DNA of 57,985 nt from a virus (taxonomy: Duplodnaviria; Caudoviricetes): positions 1 through 57,985 of IMG/VR virus record IMGVR_UViG_3300010397_000011; one strand, 5' to 3'. Positions 9,327 to 18,695 of the stretch are shown here, one piece after another. Within the stretch, counting starts at the first letter, position 1, and each line of letters opens with the position of its first letter. The translations under genes and the position numbers were made by a program. Below the pieces are notes generated by a model. The model was not told where the DNA came from. It searched no databases and saw nothing but the letters and a program-made list of their open reading frames with translations.

Positions 9327-10243
9327 GCTGCGACGGCCAGGTGCTCGAGGACGGACTGCATCCGATGGCGGTAGGTGTCACGGCCCAGCACGGTCGCCTG
9401 TCCCATCGCCGCGATGTAGCGGCGCTCCACGGGATGATCGAGCGCCCACCGCGCGACGTTCACCGCGCCTTCGGTCATGCCCGCCGTGTAGGTCATCAGG
9501 TGCTCGCCGTGCGCGTACCACTCGGGCATCCCGTCGACCTCGGGGTGGATCAGGAACGCGCCGCGCCCCAGCGTCTCGGGGATGCGATCGGACCAGTACC
9601 TCGACGGCGCGCCGATCAGGCACGAGTCACCGAGCACGACCGGCACCGTCGAGTACAGCGCCTGCAACGCTGGCCCGCGCAGCGGACGGTTCGGCGCGGG
9701 CAGCACAGCGAACCGCTTGCCGAACGCGCGCTTGAACGCGTCGATCAGCCGGGTGCGCACCGGCTCCCACTCCTTGTGCGGGTACGGGTGCGACCCGACG
9801 AACACCACATCCCACGGCCAGCGTCCCGGTCGTGCTGGCTTGCGGTCGCACTCGGCGTGATACACGCCAGGCGGCATCCACACGTGAGTGACCCCGTACT
9901 TCTCCCACGGCCCGTCGTCAGGGGAGAAGAGGACGTCGGTGCGGAAGAACGCCTCGGTGCCGATCAGGTACTCGCGGTCGAGGCCGTGGAAGCGGTCGAG
10001 GTGGAACGACGCTGACGGAACGCCGGCCGCGCGGAAGCGCGCGAGGCACGCGAGCGCCGCGTCGTTGTCGACCTCCCACGTGCGCGTCCACAGCAGCAGG
10101 TCGTAGCGGGGCTGCACCCGTCCGAAGTCGAGGCCGTTCTCTTGCAGCGGGATGACCTCGTGGCCGAGCGACGTGAGCGAGCCCGCGACGTGGACCTCGG
10201 TGCACCACGGTCGACTGAAGTTCCCGATGTAGCCGATCCGCAT
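9323..10243 (-). CDS. Glycosyltransferase (CgeB/Glyco_trans_1_2-like)
   Basis: DVVFVGS, YWSDRIPETLGRG and DTYRHR motifs. Confidence 0.82.
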   Translation of the reverse strand: MRIGYIGNFSRPWCTEVHVAGSLTSLGHEVIPLQENGLDFGRVQPRYDLLLWTRTWEVDNDAALACLARFRAAGVPSASFHLDRFHGLDREYLIGTEAFFRTDVLFSPDDGPWEKYGVTHVWMPPGVYHAECDRKPARPGRWPWDVVFVGSHPYPHKEWEPVRTRLIDAFKRAFGKRFAVLPAPNRPLRGPALQALYSTVPVVLGDSCLIGAPSRYWSDRIPETLGRGAFLIHPEVDGMPEWYAHGEHLMTYTAGMTEGAVNVARWALDHPVERRYIAAMGQATVLGRDTYRHRMQSVLEHLAVAA

Positions 10244-10998
10244 CAGAGCACGCGCTGCGCCTGCCGAGCGGTGGGACGGGACGCGGTCGCCCGTCGAGCC
10301 TTCGCACCGAAGCGAAGAGATGCCAGCCACGAGTCCGTGATCCCGACACCGGTGAACCCCTCGGTGAGCAGGTCACGCGGGTTCGGCATCGTGATCGTCA
10401 GGCCCTGCCGCACGAGGGTCTGCACCTCGTCGGGGATCGAGCACGACGCGCACGTCCCGCCGTTGCACGCCATCGCGTAGTCGCGGGCGAGCATCACCGT
10501 GGGCAAGACCGAGCCCTCAGGCGGGAGGTTGCCGTACGCGTAGTCGAACCCGTAGGTGCCCTGTTCGGTGAGCGGCAGGTCGAGGTTCTGACAGCACAGC
10601 CACGCGCGGATCGGGTCGGCCGCGGTCGCACGCACGAACCCGACCTCGCGTCCTCTGAACAGGCCGATCTCGTCGTCGGGCACGACCTCGCCGTCGAGGT
10701 GCACGACCAGCGAGTCACGGTCGACGGGGCCGTTGCTGAGGCGCACCGTGCGGAGCGCGCAGCACCCGCAGTCAGCGTGCGAGTGCGGGCCGCACGGCCG
10801 CTCGCCTGTCACGGTGCAGAGGCCCGGCCAGCGGCGGCCCGTCAACTCGAACAGCACCTGCGACGCGAGCGTGATGGAGTACGCGCGGTCGGCCTCGGAG
10901 ATGGCCGTCAGGTCCGTGTCGCACGCAGCGCACCCGTCCGTTAGCTGCGCGTCCGTGATCCAGTCGGAGCAGAGGGACCAGGCGCGGACGGCGGGCAC
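10243..10998 (-). CDS. Head-to-tail adaptor
   Basis: ASQVLFELTGRRW...RPC, Cys-rich, RQGLT and TGVGITDSWL motifs as in actinophage adaptors. Confidence 0.75.
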   Translation of the reverse strand: MPAVRAWSLCSDWITDAQLTDGCAACDTDLTAISEADRAYSITLASQVLFELTGRRWPGLCTVTGERPCGPHSHADCGCCALRTVRLSNGPVDRDSLVVHLDGEVVPDDEIGLFRGREVGFVRATAADPIRAWLCCQNLDLPLTEQGTYGFDYAYGNLPPEGSVLPTVMLARDYAMACNGGTCASCSIPDEVQTLVRQGLTITMPNPRDLLTEGFTGVGITDSWLASLRFGAKARRATASRPTARQAQRVL

Positions 10999-11007
10999 GT
11001 GCGAACG

Positions 11008-11115
11008 CTAGTACGGCCGTCGCCGGTAGTAGTGCTTCGCCAGGTTCCACAACGCGAGGAGCACGACGGCGACCAGCGTCCACACCAGGAGGAACGCCAC
11101 GACCATCGGCCACAT
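11008..11115 (-). CDS. 35-aa single-TM peptide (not in ORF track)
   Basis: MWPMVVAFLLVWTLVAVVLLALWNLAKHYYRRRPY, preceded by a TACGGT -10 box. Confidence 0.5.
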   Translation of the reverse strand: MWPMVVAFLLVWTLVAVVLLALWNLAKHYYRRRPY

Positions 11116-11131
11116 GGTGTGCACCGTAGGG

Positions 11132-11443
11132 CTAGGCGAACACGCTTGCAGCCACGCACCACGTCACTGATTGCGCGCCCGTCGCGCCGCCCGAGACGAT
11201 CCACCGTCCGCGCCACACGCCGTCGTCGTCGGCGGGCACGATCGTCCGGTACAGGCCGGTCCCGTCGTGGAGGATCAGCGGGTCGCCAACAGGGATGACG
11301 ACGTGCGAGGTGTCGGGCTTGTAGTACTCGAACGAGACGGCAGGCGGGTCGGTCAGCGTCTTCACGCCGAGCGGGTACGTGTAGAACCGGCCGATCACCT
11401 CGGCCGCGCCGCCCACCTCGATCGGGTCAAGGACCGTCGTCAC
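11132..11443 (-). CDS. Virion-associated Ig-like beta protein
   Basis: DP...GTGLYR...GVWRGRW pattern; follows the fibre genes. Confidence 0.55.
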   Translation of the reverse strand: MTTVLDPIEVGGAAEVIGRFYTYPLGVKTLTDPPAVSFEYYKPDTSHVVIPVGDPLILHDGTGLYRTIVPADDDGVWRGRWIVSGGATGAQSVTWCVAASVFA

Positions 11444-11456
11444 GGACGCCAGTCTC

Positions 11457-13892
11457 TCATGCCCGCCGCGCGGTGGCCGCGATCGACCACATGTCCCGCA
11501 CCTCGGTCTCGATCGCGACCTGCGCTCGCACCCGCACGGTGATCGGCACCTGCGCGCGCACCTCGGCGTCGATCGTGAACGTCGTCGGCACGACGCCCGG
11601 CACCTTGACCGCGACCAGCGTGGCGGTCGGGTGCAGCACGGCGAGCAGGACCAGGCGCACGTTGTCGCTGACGACGCCACTCGAGGTGACCGTGCCAGTG
11701 AGGAGGAGCGTGTCGACGGTCGCCTGGCCCGAGCCGCCCGACGAGGACACGCTGCCGTCGAGGTTGAACCCGACGAGTTTCGCGATCGTGCCGTGCGGCG
11801 TGATCGCACCCGTCACCGTGCGGGTGACGAGCACGTCGAGGTTGCCTGCCGGTGCGACCGTCCCGCCGACCGTGATCGTGCTGCCCGTCTGCGCGTTCAG
11901 CGAACCCGTCGACGAGACGGAGCTCGTCAGTGTGCGCGTCACGAGACGGGTGACAGAACCGACAGAACTGACAGAACCCGTGAGCGACTTCGGCTGCTGA
12001 TGTGTGAGCGTGCCGGTCGGATGCTCCGTGGCCGTGAGCGTGCGGGTCACGAGGACGTGCAGGCTCCCGCTCGGCGTGATGTTCCCGGCGAGGGTGACCG
12101 TCGAGCCCGACTGTGTGCTCAGCGTCCCGGCCGGGGTCAGCGCGCCGCTCAACGCGTGGGTGACGAGCCGCGTCTCGGTACCCGCAGGAGTGAGGGCGCC
12201 GGCCAGCGCCTTCAGCACCCGTCTCGTGAGCGCGCCCGCCGTCGCGATCGTGCCAGTCAGCGTGCGAGGGAAGGTGCGGGCGACGGTGCCTGTCGGGGTC
12301 TCGCCCGCGGTGAGCGTCCGCGTGACGAGCCTGGTCTCGGCCCCGCTCGGGGTGAGGCCCCCGCCGACAGCCTTGATGACCAGCCGTGAGAGGGAGCCTG
12401 TAGGCGTCAGGGAGCCCGTGAGAGTCCTGGGGTGTGTGGCCCCCGTGGTAAGGGACCCCGTGGCCCCCAGCGAGCCCTGGGCCGCCTTCCCGACCACCTT
12501 GGCCACGGTGCCCGTGGGGGTGATGCCACCCGTGCGGGTGAGGAGCACCAGCCGCGCCAGGGCGCCCGTCGGGGTGATCGCACCGTCGACCGACTTGTTC
12601 GTCGTGTGACTGCCCGCGATGAACGACGTGGAGAGCGACCCCGCAGGTGTGAGCCCGCCCGTCAGCGCCTTCAGCGTGAGCCGTGCGACGGTGCCGGTCG
12701 GGTGCTCGGTGCCCGACAGCGCGACCTGGTCGCCGTACACCAGCGTGCCCGACGGGGTGAGCCCGCCCGTGAGGGTCTTCGTCACGAACTTGCTGAGCGT
12801 GCCCGCAGGAGTGAGCGAGCCGGTCAGCAGCTTCGCGTCGCCCTCGGACTCTGTGCCGGTCGGCGTGATCGAGCCAGCCGGGTTCTTGTTCGTCCGCTTC
12901 GCGATCGTGCCGCCAGGCGTGAGGCTCCCCGTGAACGTCCGCGGGATCGACTTCGTGAGCGTGCCCGCAGGCGTCAGGCCACCGGCCACCGCCTTGATCA
13001 CGAGCCGTGTCAGCGTGCCCGCGGGGGTGATCGCACCCGACGCGGCGACGTTCTTGATCAGCGCCGTCGTCAGCGTCCCGACGATCATGTGTGTCCCGCC
13101 GCCGCCACCGATGAACAGCGTCGAAAGCGCACCCGCAGGAGTCAGACCTCCGGCTGGAGCCTTGGTCGTGAGTCGTGTCTCCGTGCCCGCGGGGGTGATC
13201 GCTCCGGAGACCGACTTCGGGGTGGTCGTGCCCGACGCTTCCTTGAACGTGGCGAACGCCTGAGCGCCGAACGACCCGCCAGCATCCGACCACGAGGTGG
13301 ACGGTGTCGGGGTGCCGGTCTCGTTGATCTTGTAGGCGGAGAAGATGTCGGCACCGGCGATCGCGCCGCCCGCGTCGAAGATGACCGAGTAGCCGGTAGG
13401 CGGCGTGTACGTCCCGCCGTTGCCGTTGTCGTCAGGGCTGACGCCGACGATCGCGATCTGATTACCGCTGATCGCTGCCGCCGCGGTGACGGTGTATGGC
13501 GATGACGCGTCGTTGTTGTTCGCGTGCGTCGTCGCGTCCGCCGCTGCACCCGCGTTCTGCCCGGTGATCTCGCACACGGCGACGGAGCAGCAGCCGAACC
13601 CGGTGCCGCCGGGGGTGATCGTGCCGGTGATGATGTGCCCAGCGCCGCGGGTGCCGCCGTCGTTGTACCAGATGCCAACCCCGCCCGAGGCGGGACCGAG
13701 GTAGCGGGATTCGAGCAGCGTGTACGTGTTGCCCTTGTTGTCGGTGATGTCGCCGTTGGCAGGTGTGTTCGTCGCGTCGTAATGCGTGAGGATGACGACG
13801 AGCAACGAACCGGAGACCGTCGTGATCGACGGAGCCGCCGTCGACGCGGTGCCAGCCTGCGTGCCGGTGACCTGATTGACAGCGAGGCTCAC
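11457..13892 (-). CDS. Long Thr/Gly-rich repeat fibre protein (virion appendage)
   Basis: N-terminal beta domain followed by more than 20 copies of a ~19-aa repeat (K/R)xLxGxLTPxGTL. Confidence 0.72.
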   Translation of the reverse strand: MSLAVNQVTGTQAGTASTAAPSITTVSGSLLVVILTHYDATNTPANGDITDNKGNTYTLLESRYLGPASGGVGIWYNDGGTRGAGHIITGTITPGGTGFGCCSVAVCEITGQNAGAAADATTHANNNDASSPYTVTAAAAISGNQIAIVGVSPDDNGNGGTYTPPTGYSVIFDAGGAIAGADIFSAYKINETGTPTPSTSWSDAGGSFGAQAFATFKEASGTTTPKSVSGAITPAGTETRLTTKAPAGGLTPAGALSTLFIGGGGGTHMIVGTLTTALIKNVAASGAITPAGTLTRLVIKAVAGGLTPAGTLTKSIPRTFTGSLTPGGTIAKRTNKNPAGSITPTGTESEGDAKLLTGSLTPAGTLSKFVTKTLTGGLTPSGTLVYGDQVALSGTEHPTGTVARLTLKALTGGLTPAGSLSTSFIAGSHTTNKSVDGAITPTGALARLVLLTRTGGITPTGTVAKVVGKAAQGSLGATGSLTTGATHPRTLTGSLTPTGSLSRLVIKAVGGGLTPSGAETRLVTRTLTAGETPTGTVARTFPRTLTGTIATAGALTRRVLKALAGALTPAGTETRLVTHALSGALTPAGTLSTQSGSTVTLAGNITPSGSLHVLVTRTLTATEHPTGTLTHQQPKSLTGSVSSVGSVTRLVTRTLTSSVSSTGSLNAQTGSTITVGGTVAPAGNLDVLVTRTVTGAITPHGTIAKLVGFNLDGSVSSSGGSGQATVDTLLLTGTVTSSGVVSDNVRLVLLAVLHPTATLVAVKVPGVVPTTFTIDAEVRAQVPITVRVRAQVAIETEVRDMWSIAATARRA

Positions 13893-14854
13893 GTGAAGAC
13901 CCCCGTCACGGTCTTACCGATCACTCGAGTCTCAGCACCCGTGGGCGTGGAGCCCCCGCCCTTCGGCGCGGTGCGCTGCTTCACGAGCGTCCCGCCAGGA
14001 GTCATCGCCGCGGTGATCGCCTTCAGCGCAGGCTTCGACAGCGTGCCGCTCGGGGTCATCGCACCGGCCGGAGTCTTGTTCGTCTGCTCCGCCTCGACAC
14101 CCGCAGGGGTCAACGCACCCGACGGCGTAGCCAGGTTCAGGGTGCTCGCCTTGCGTGTAGCGACGACCGCCTGCACCGCGCGCAGACCCGATGCGATCGG
14201 CGGGTCCTCGACAAGATCAGGGGTGCCCGTGATCACCCAGTTCACAGCGAGGCCGAGGTCGCGCAGGCCCGCGCCGCCCGCCTCCATCGGCACGAAGAAG
14301 TTCGGGATGCCGCCACGCCACAGCACCGACCAATCGCCCTGACGGAACCGCTCCACCTCGTCCGCAGTCATCGCGAACGGGACGCTGAACGCCTGCGCTA
14401 TGTCGCCGTTCACGGCGCTCGTCGCGGTGCCGGACTTGCCGATCTGACCGGAACTGTTGGTGGTCGCGGCGCCGACACCGTTCGTGTCGGACTGGTGCGT
14501 CTGCGCCGCCATCGCTGACGACTGCGAGCCGGTGTAAATCTTGTTGTTCGCCGCTGTCAGGTTGTCCGTGCACACGCCGACAACACAGATCCACGCGCCC
14601 GTAGCGGGGGCGGTTACCTCGCACACCATGTGCGTCGTCGCGTTCAAGCAGCGCAGACCGAACCGCTGCGCGGTCGACGCTCCCGTCTGAAGACCAGAGT
14701 GCGACGAGTTCGTCGTGCCCGCACCGGCGATGATCCTGCCGGTCGCGTAGGCAATCATCTTGATCCAGCAGCCGATCGAGAACGGCGGGACTGTGGAGCC
14801 GCTGACGGTCGCGATCTTGTCGGTCGCGCTCCCGCCGTCGAAACGCCGGGCCAT
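13889..14854 (-). CDS. LamG/concanavalin-like domain protein with C-terminal fibre repeats
   Basis: FSIGCWIK, WICVVGV and NGDIAQAF LamG-like strands; C-terminal TPAG repeats. Confidence 0.68.
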   Translation of the reverse strand: MARRFDGGSATDKIATVSGSTVPPFSIGCWIKMIAYATGRIIAGAGTTNSSHSGLQTGASTAQRFGLRCLNATTHMVCEVTAPATGAWICVVGVCTDNLTAANNKIYTGSQSSAMAAQTHQSDTNGVGAATTNSSGQIGKSGTATSAVNGDIAQAFSVPFAMTADEVERFRQGDWSVLWRGGIPNFFVPMEAGGAGLRDLGLAVNWVITGTPDLVEDPPIASGLRAVQAVVATRKASTLNLATPSGALTPAGVEAEQTNKTPAGAMTPSGTLSKPALKAITAAMTPGGTLVKQRTAPKGGGSTPTGAETRVIGKTVTGVFT

Positions 14855-14856
14855 CG

Positions 14857-15387
14857 TTACGTCGTCGTGTACTCGAAGGTCGCGGCGATGAGGCACGCGT
14901 CCGACGCGTTGGTGTCCGACGCGTTGTCCGCGTCGCGGCCCACCATGATGATGATCGGCCGGTTCGCCGCAGCGTTCGTCATCGTCAACGCGAGCGTCGT
15001 CTGCGTCGTCACGCCCTGCGTCGCGTTGCCGTTACCCGACCCGGTGACCACCGTGTCGAACACGATCGCGTCCATGTCGGTCGTGCCGACCACGCCGATC
15101 GCAGCCGCGCCCTTCCAGAACACAGCGTTCGTGCTCGTGCCCTTCGTCGCCCACGTGAGCCGCAACGTCCCGCCCGACGAGTAGTCCGACGGGAGCGTGA
15201 AGTCCCACAGCCAATGCTCGTCCGTGGACGGGTCGAACAGCAGCCAGACCGTCGACGCCTTCGCTGAGTTCGTCGTCTGCGTGCCCGACGAGACCATCAT
15301 CTCAGGGGTCGCCGGGTTGTTCCCCGTACCCGACCCGTCAGGTGCGACGCCACCGGGGATCGGCAGCACGACGTGCCCGGTAGTCAT
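14857..15387 (-). CDS. Virion structural beta-sandwich protein
   Basis: LLFD...LPSDY...GRDADNASDTNASDA; within the structural operon. Confidence 0.55.
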   Translation of the reverse strand: MTTGHVVLPIPGGVAPDGSGTGNNPATPEMMVSSGTQTTNSAKASTVWLLFDPSTDEHWLWDFTLPSDYSSGGTLRLTWATKGTSTNAVFWKGAAAIGVVGTTDMDAIVFDTVVTGSGNGNATQGVTTQTTLALTMTNAAANRPIIIMVGRDADNASDTNASDACLIAATFEYTTT

Positions 15388-15396
15388 GCGCCGATC

Positions 15397-15858
15397 CTAA
15401 GCCGCAGGCCGACCACGTTCTCGGACCCGCTCGAGGAGCTGCGTGACACGTGCGGGGTCCACGTGCAGTTCAGCGGCGATGGCGCGCAGCATGACGCCCT
15501 GCGCGGCGCGGCGGATGATGAGTGCGCGGCGCTCGTCGAACTGCGCGGCGTATCGGTCCACCTGGTCGGCGTCGTCGACCGCGTCGAGGTCGGAGCGTGA
15601 CGGCGGCTCGTGCTCCTCGGAGAGCGGCACCTGCCGCACGCCAGCACCGTGCGAGCGCCACGCCGTGAGCCGTCGGAGTTCGTCGATCGCAGCCGACCGT
15701 CCCTGCCGGTACGCGACAGCAGTCGTGAGGCAGGGCCTCGTGACCAGCCGCTCGACGGCGGCCTGCTCCACCTCCTCGCGGTGCCAGCCGAGCGCGTGGA
15801 TCGAACGGGCCCCGGCGATGGTCGCGGCCAGCATCTGGCTGTCGACGTCACTCGGCAT
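15397..15858 (-). CDS. Truncated sigma-70-family (FliA/WhiG-like) regulator
   Basis: Region 2-like AAIDELRR and region 4 HTH LRAIAAELHVDPARVTQL. Confidence 0.65.
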   Translation of the reverse strand: MPSDVDSQMLAATIAGARSIHALGWHREEVEQAAVERLVTRPCLTTAVAYRQGRSAAIDELRRLTAWRSHGAGVRQVPLSEEHEPPSRSDLDAVDDADQVDRYAAQFDERRALIIRRAAQGVMLRAIAAELHVDPARVTQLLERVRERGRPAA

Positions 15859-16432
15859 CGTCGCTCTCGTCGTGGCCGTTCGCTTGCTCGATCTGCGCGC
15901 GCAGCGCCTCGACGGTGTGCCCGCCGTCGAGTTCGTCGAGCCGAGCGAGGACGTTCAGGGCGCCGGCCGCGACGACCTGCGCGAACTGCTGGCCTCCCGC
16001 CACCTGCTTGTCGAGGATGTCAGCGAGCCGGTCCCGTTCGGCCTTCGCTTCGGCAAAGCCTTTCTCGACTGACTGGGCCAGCGCCTCGGTCTTGATCTCG
16101 TGCGCCTTGATCGCAGCACGAGCGAGGACTGCCTGCGCTGCCGCCTCGCGCGCCTCGGCTGCCGCGGCGTGGAGTTGGCCGATGATGTACTCGTGCGACC
16201 GCACGAGGGTGTCGTACGGCGACGGCGGTGTCGGCTCACCCGTCGCGGTGTCCACGTGGCCGTTGGGCTGGGTGTTGTGCACGGCAGCCTCGGCCGCGGC
16301 GCGAATCCGCTTCAGCGACGAGACGAGGAGCAGCACCACCGGGCCGATGATCGCGGCGAACGCGGAGATGAGCGCCACGAGGACCGCCGCATCCCCAGCG
16401 GAGAAGGTGGCGATGACCGATGCCATCGCCAC
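15848..16432 (-). CDS. Membrane-anchored coiled-coil protein
   Basis: N-terminal TM segment, NTQPNGH, Ala-rich coiled coil. Confidence 0.55.
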   Translation of the reverse strand: MAMASVIATFSAGDAAVLVALISAFAAIIGPVVLLLVSSLKRIRAAAEAAVHNTQPNGHVDTATGEPTPPSPYDTLVRSHEYIIGQLHAAAAEAREAAAQAVLARAAIKAHEIKTEALAQSVEKGFAEAKAERDRLADILDKQVAGGQQFAQVVAAGALNVLARLDELDGGHTVEALRAQIEQANGHDESDDAE

Positions 16433-16436
16433 CGGC

Positions 16437-17153
16437 TCAGCCGCCCGACGTGAACGTCAACTGGTACGTGAACTGGATGCCGTCACCCGACGCGAGGTTG
16501 ATCGCGCTGAACACCGAACGGTCGAGCATGGTGCCGCCGCCCGTCGCGGCCTGGCTGAAGATGCCGTGCTCGGTGACCGCGGGCGTGCCGCTGTCGATCG
16601 TGTTCGTGCCGACCGTCTGATACACGTTCGTCGGGCTGGTCTGAACTCCCGTCGCACGGGTGCTGTTCGGGTTGTACTCAGTCGTCAACTCGGTCGTCAA
16701 GGCAGTCTGCGACGCGGCCTCAGCGGTCGTGCCGGTGCCCATGCCGTGGAAGTTCATGTTCTCGGCTTCGACGGTGTTCGTGAACGCGTCAGCGATGAAC
16801 GCGACACCCGCGTCTGTAACGACGCGCAGTGACGCCAGCCCGAGCTCTTCGACGTCGCCGCACGCGTGAATCTTCGCGACGTACAGCGCGCCGAAGTGGG
16901 TCGGGATGCCGTGCATGTCCGCGATCGCGACGCGGTCCAGGCCACGGTGGAAGTTCTTGCTGTTCGCCGCGCGCCACGCGTTGACCGCGTCGGACAGTCC
17001 ACGTCGGGGCTCGGCGTGCTCGCGCACGAGGGCCAGGTCGACGCGGCGCCGGTCGTTGATAACGGGCTCCCACGCGCGGACGATCTCGGGCTGCCTCCGC
17101 ACAACACGGGTGAGGAGGTCGCCGCTCGGCTGTGACGTGTGCATGGTCTGCAT
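16437..17153 (-). CDS. Virion structural protein (fibre base/collar-like)
   Basis: GTGTTAEAASQTAL, TEHGIF and INLASGDGIQFTY motifs; follows the major tail gene. Confidence 0.6.
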   Translation of the reverse strand: MQTMHTSQPSGDLLTRVVRRQPEIVRAWEPVINDRRRVDLALVREHAEPRRGLSDAVNAWRAANSKNFHRGLDRVAIADMHGIPTHFGALYVAKIHACGDVEELGLASLRVVTDAGVAFIADAFTNTVEAENMNFHGMGTGTTAEAASQTALTTELTTEYNPNSTRATGVQTSPTNVYQTVGTNTIDSGTPAVTEHGIFSQAATGGGTMLDRSVFSAINLASGDGIQFTYQLTFTSGG

Positions 17154-17162
17154 GTTGGCTCC

Positions 17163-17813
17163 TTATGAAGCGACGAGCGCCTGCGGACCGCAGACAGCCT
17201 CGGGGATCGTGTTCGTCGGCACCCATTGGAACGCCGACGATGACGTCGACGGCCAGTCGTTGAGCGGGCCGTCGAACCAGTTCGGGTTCTCGAACGCCTG
17301 CCCCACGTACTCGGGGAGCAGCGCGCCCGCGCTGTGCTCGTAGGGGTTCAACTTCAGGTTCTTGACCTTCGGATAGGCCCACCACGCGTACGGCGAGTCT
17401 GAGTCCTTGTCGCCCGCGTTGATGCGCCACTCCCACAACTCGATGCTCACACCGTTGCCGCTGATGACACCGAGCCGAGGAGCAGCGAACCCGACGCGTG
17501 CACCGTCGAACCCCGACAGCACCGACCCCTGCGACAGCATCGCCGCGAGGTACGGGTCGGGCGTCGTGAACCGGAGCGTGACGTCAAACCACTTCAGTGT
17601 CGGGTCGCCCTTCAGCGACACCTGCACCTCGCCGCACCCGTTCTTCTCCTCGATCTCGTCACCGTCGGTGTAGTTCGGGCTCACCGACATGATCACGAGC
17701 GCGTTGCTGACGTACACGTTGTCCGAGCCGGGCAACGGCACGCCGTCAGTGTCGAGGTCGGCCAGCCGCACGCGGCACGCGTGGGCCTGCGCCAGACATG
17801 CGTTCTCAGCCAT
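17163..17813 (-). CDS. Major tail (tube) protein
   Basis: RLADLD..G, GDEIEEKNGCG, SIELW and NPNWFDGP motifs of actinophage major tail proteins. Confidence 0.82.
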   Translation of the reverse strand: MAENACLAQAHACRVRLADLDTDGVPLPGSDNVYVSNALVIMSVSPNYTDGDEIEEKNGCGEVQVSLKGDPTLKWFDVTLRFTTPDPYLAAMLSQGSVLSGFDGARVGFAAPRLGVISGNGVSIELWEWRINAGDKDSDSPYAWWAYPKVKNLKLNPYEHSAGALLPEYVGQAFENPNWFDGPLNDWPSTSSSAFQWVPTNTIPEAVCGPQALVAS

Positions 17814-17831
17814 TGGTCACTCCTTCGTTGG

Positions 17832-18695
17832 TCATGTCGTGAACACGTGCGCGGTCCCGAACGAGGTCGCGTCGTGCAGTGCTTCGGTGATGGTCTGAAT
17901 CTCGGCAACCGTGAGCCCGCGGTCGAACAGCGCGAAGTCCGACATCGAGTGGACCGCGTACCCCCAGAACCCGTCGTCGCTCGCGCCGAGCGTCAGGTTC
18001 GACGGACCGATGAGCCCGCCGTTCTGACAGGCGCCGACGACGACTCCGTCGAGGAACAGCCGTGGCTGGGTCTGCACCAGACCGGAGATTGCAGGGACGC
18101 ACGTGCGGCCGATGATCGCAGCGTCGGCCGCGTACATCGCGTGATTGATCGCGGACTCTTGCCCGACGATGGTGTAGAAGTCGCCGGCCACCGTGTTGCA
18201 GATCACGAGCGGCGAACCGACACCACCCGTCGTCTCGCCCACGAGCACCGACGCCTGCGCTGGCGAACCGGAGCCGTGGAACGTCGTCACGTGCTCCAGC
18301 CAGATGATCGCCCAGTCGTTGCCGCTGTCGAGTTGGAACGGCTTGGGGATGACGAAGTACTTGCCCTCGAACTTGATCGACTTCGACCGCTTCGACGTGA
18401 GGCCCGGCTGGCTGTAGGTGATCGTGCCCGCGCCGCCCGTCGATGTCGCGTGACGCCCGTTCCCCGACGCGTCCTGGATCAGCCCCGACGCGTCGTCCAT
18501 CGGGTAGTAGGACCAGGGGCCGAGCCCATTGATGACCGTCGCCACGACGCTCGCGTTCGCGTCGAACGCGTACGGCTCGTAGTCGTGCGAGCCGCCAGGC
18601 GCTGGGCCGCCCGAGCCCGACCAGTCGTCGCCGGTGAAGTCGGCCTGCACACCCGTCGCGGCCTCGACCTCGTAGTCCACGTTGACGATGCTCAC
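17832..18695 (-). CDS. LamG-like domain virion protein
   Basis: YYPMDDASG..QDASGNGRHAT, LFLDG and MSDFALFDRGLT motifs. Confidence 0.75.
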   Translation of the reverse strand: MSIVNVDYEVEAATGVQADFTGDDWSGSGGPAPGGSHDYEPYAFDANASVVATVINGLGPWSYYPMDDASGLIQDASGNGRHATSTGGAGTITYSQPGLTSKRSKSIKFEGKYFVIPKPFQLDSGNDWAIIWLEHVTTFHGSGSPAQASVLVGETTGGVGSPLVICNTVAGDFYTIVGQESAINHAMYAADAAIIGRTCVPAISGLVQTQPRLFLDGVVVGACQNGGLIGPSNLTLGASDDGFWGYAVHSMSDFALFDRGLTVAEIQTITEALHDATSFGTAHVFTT

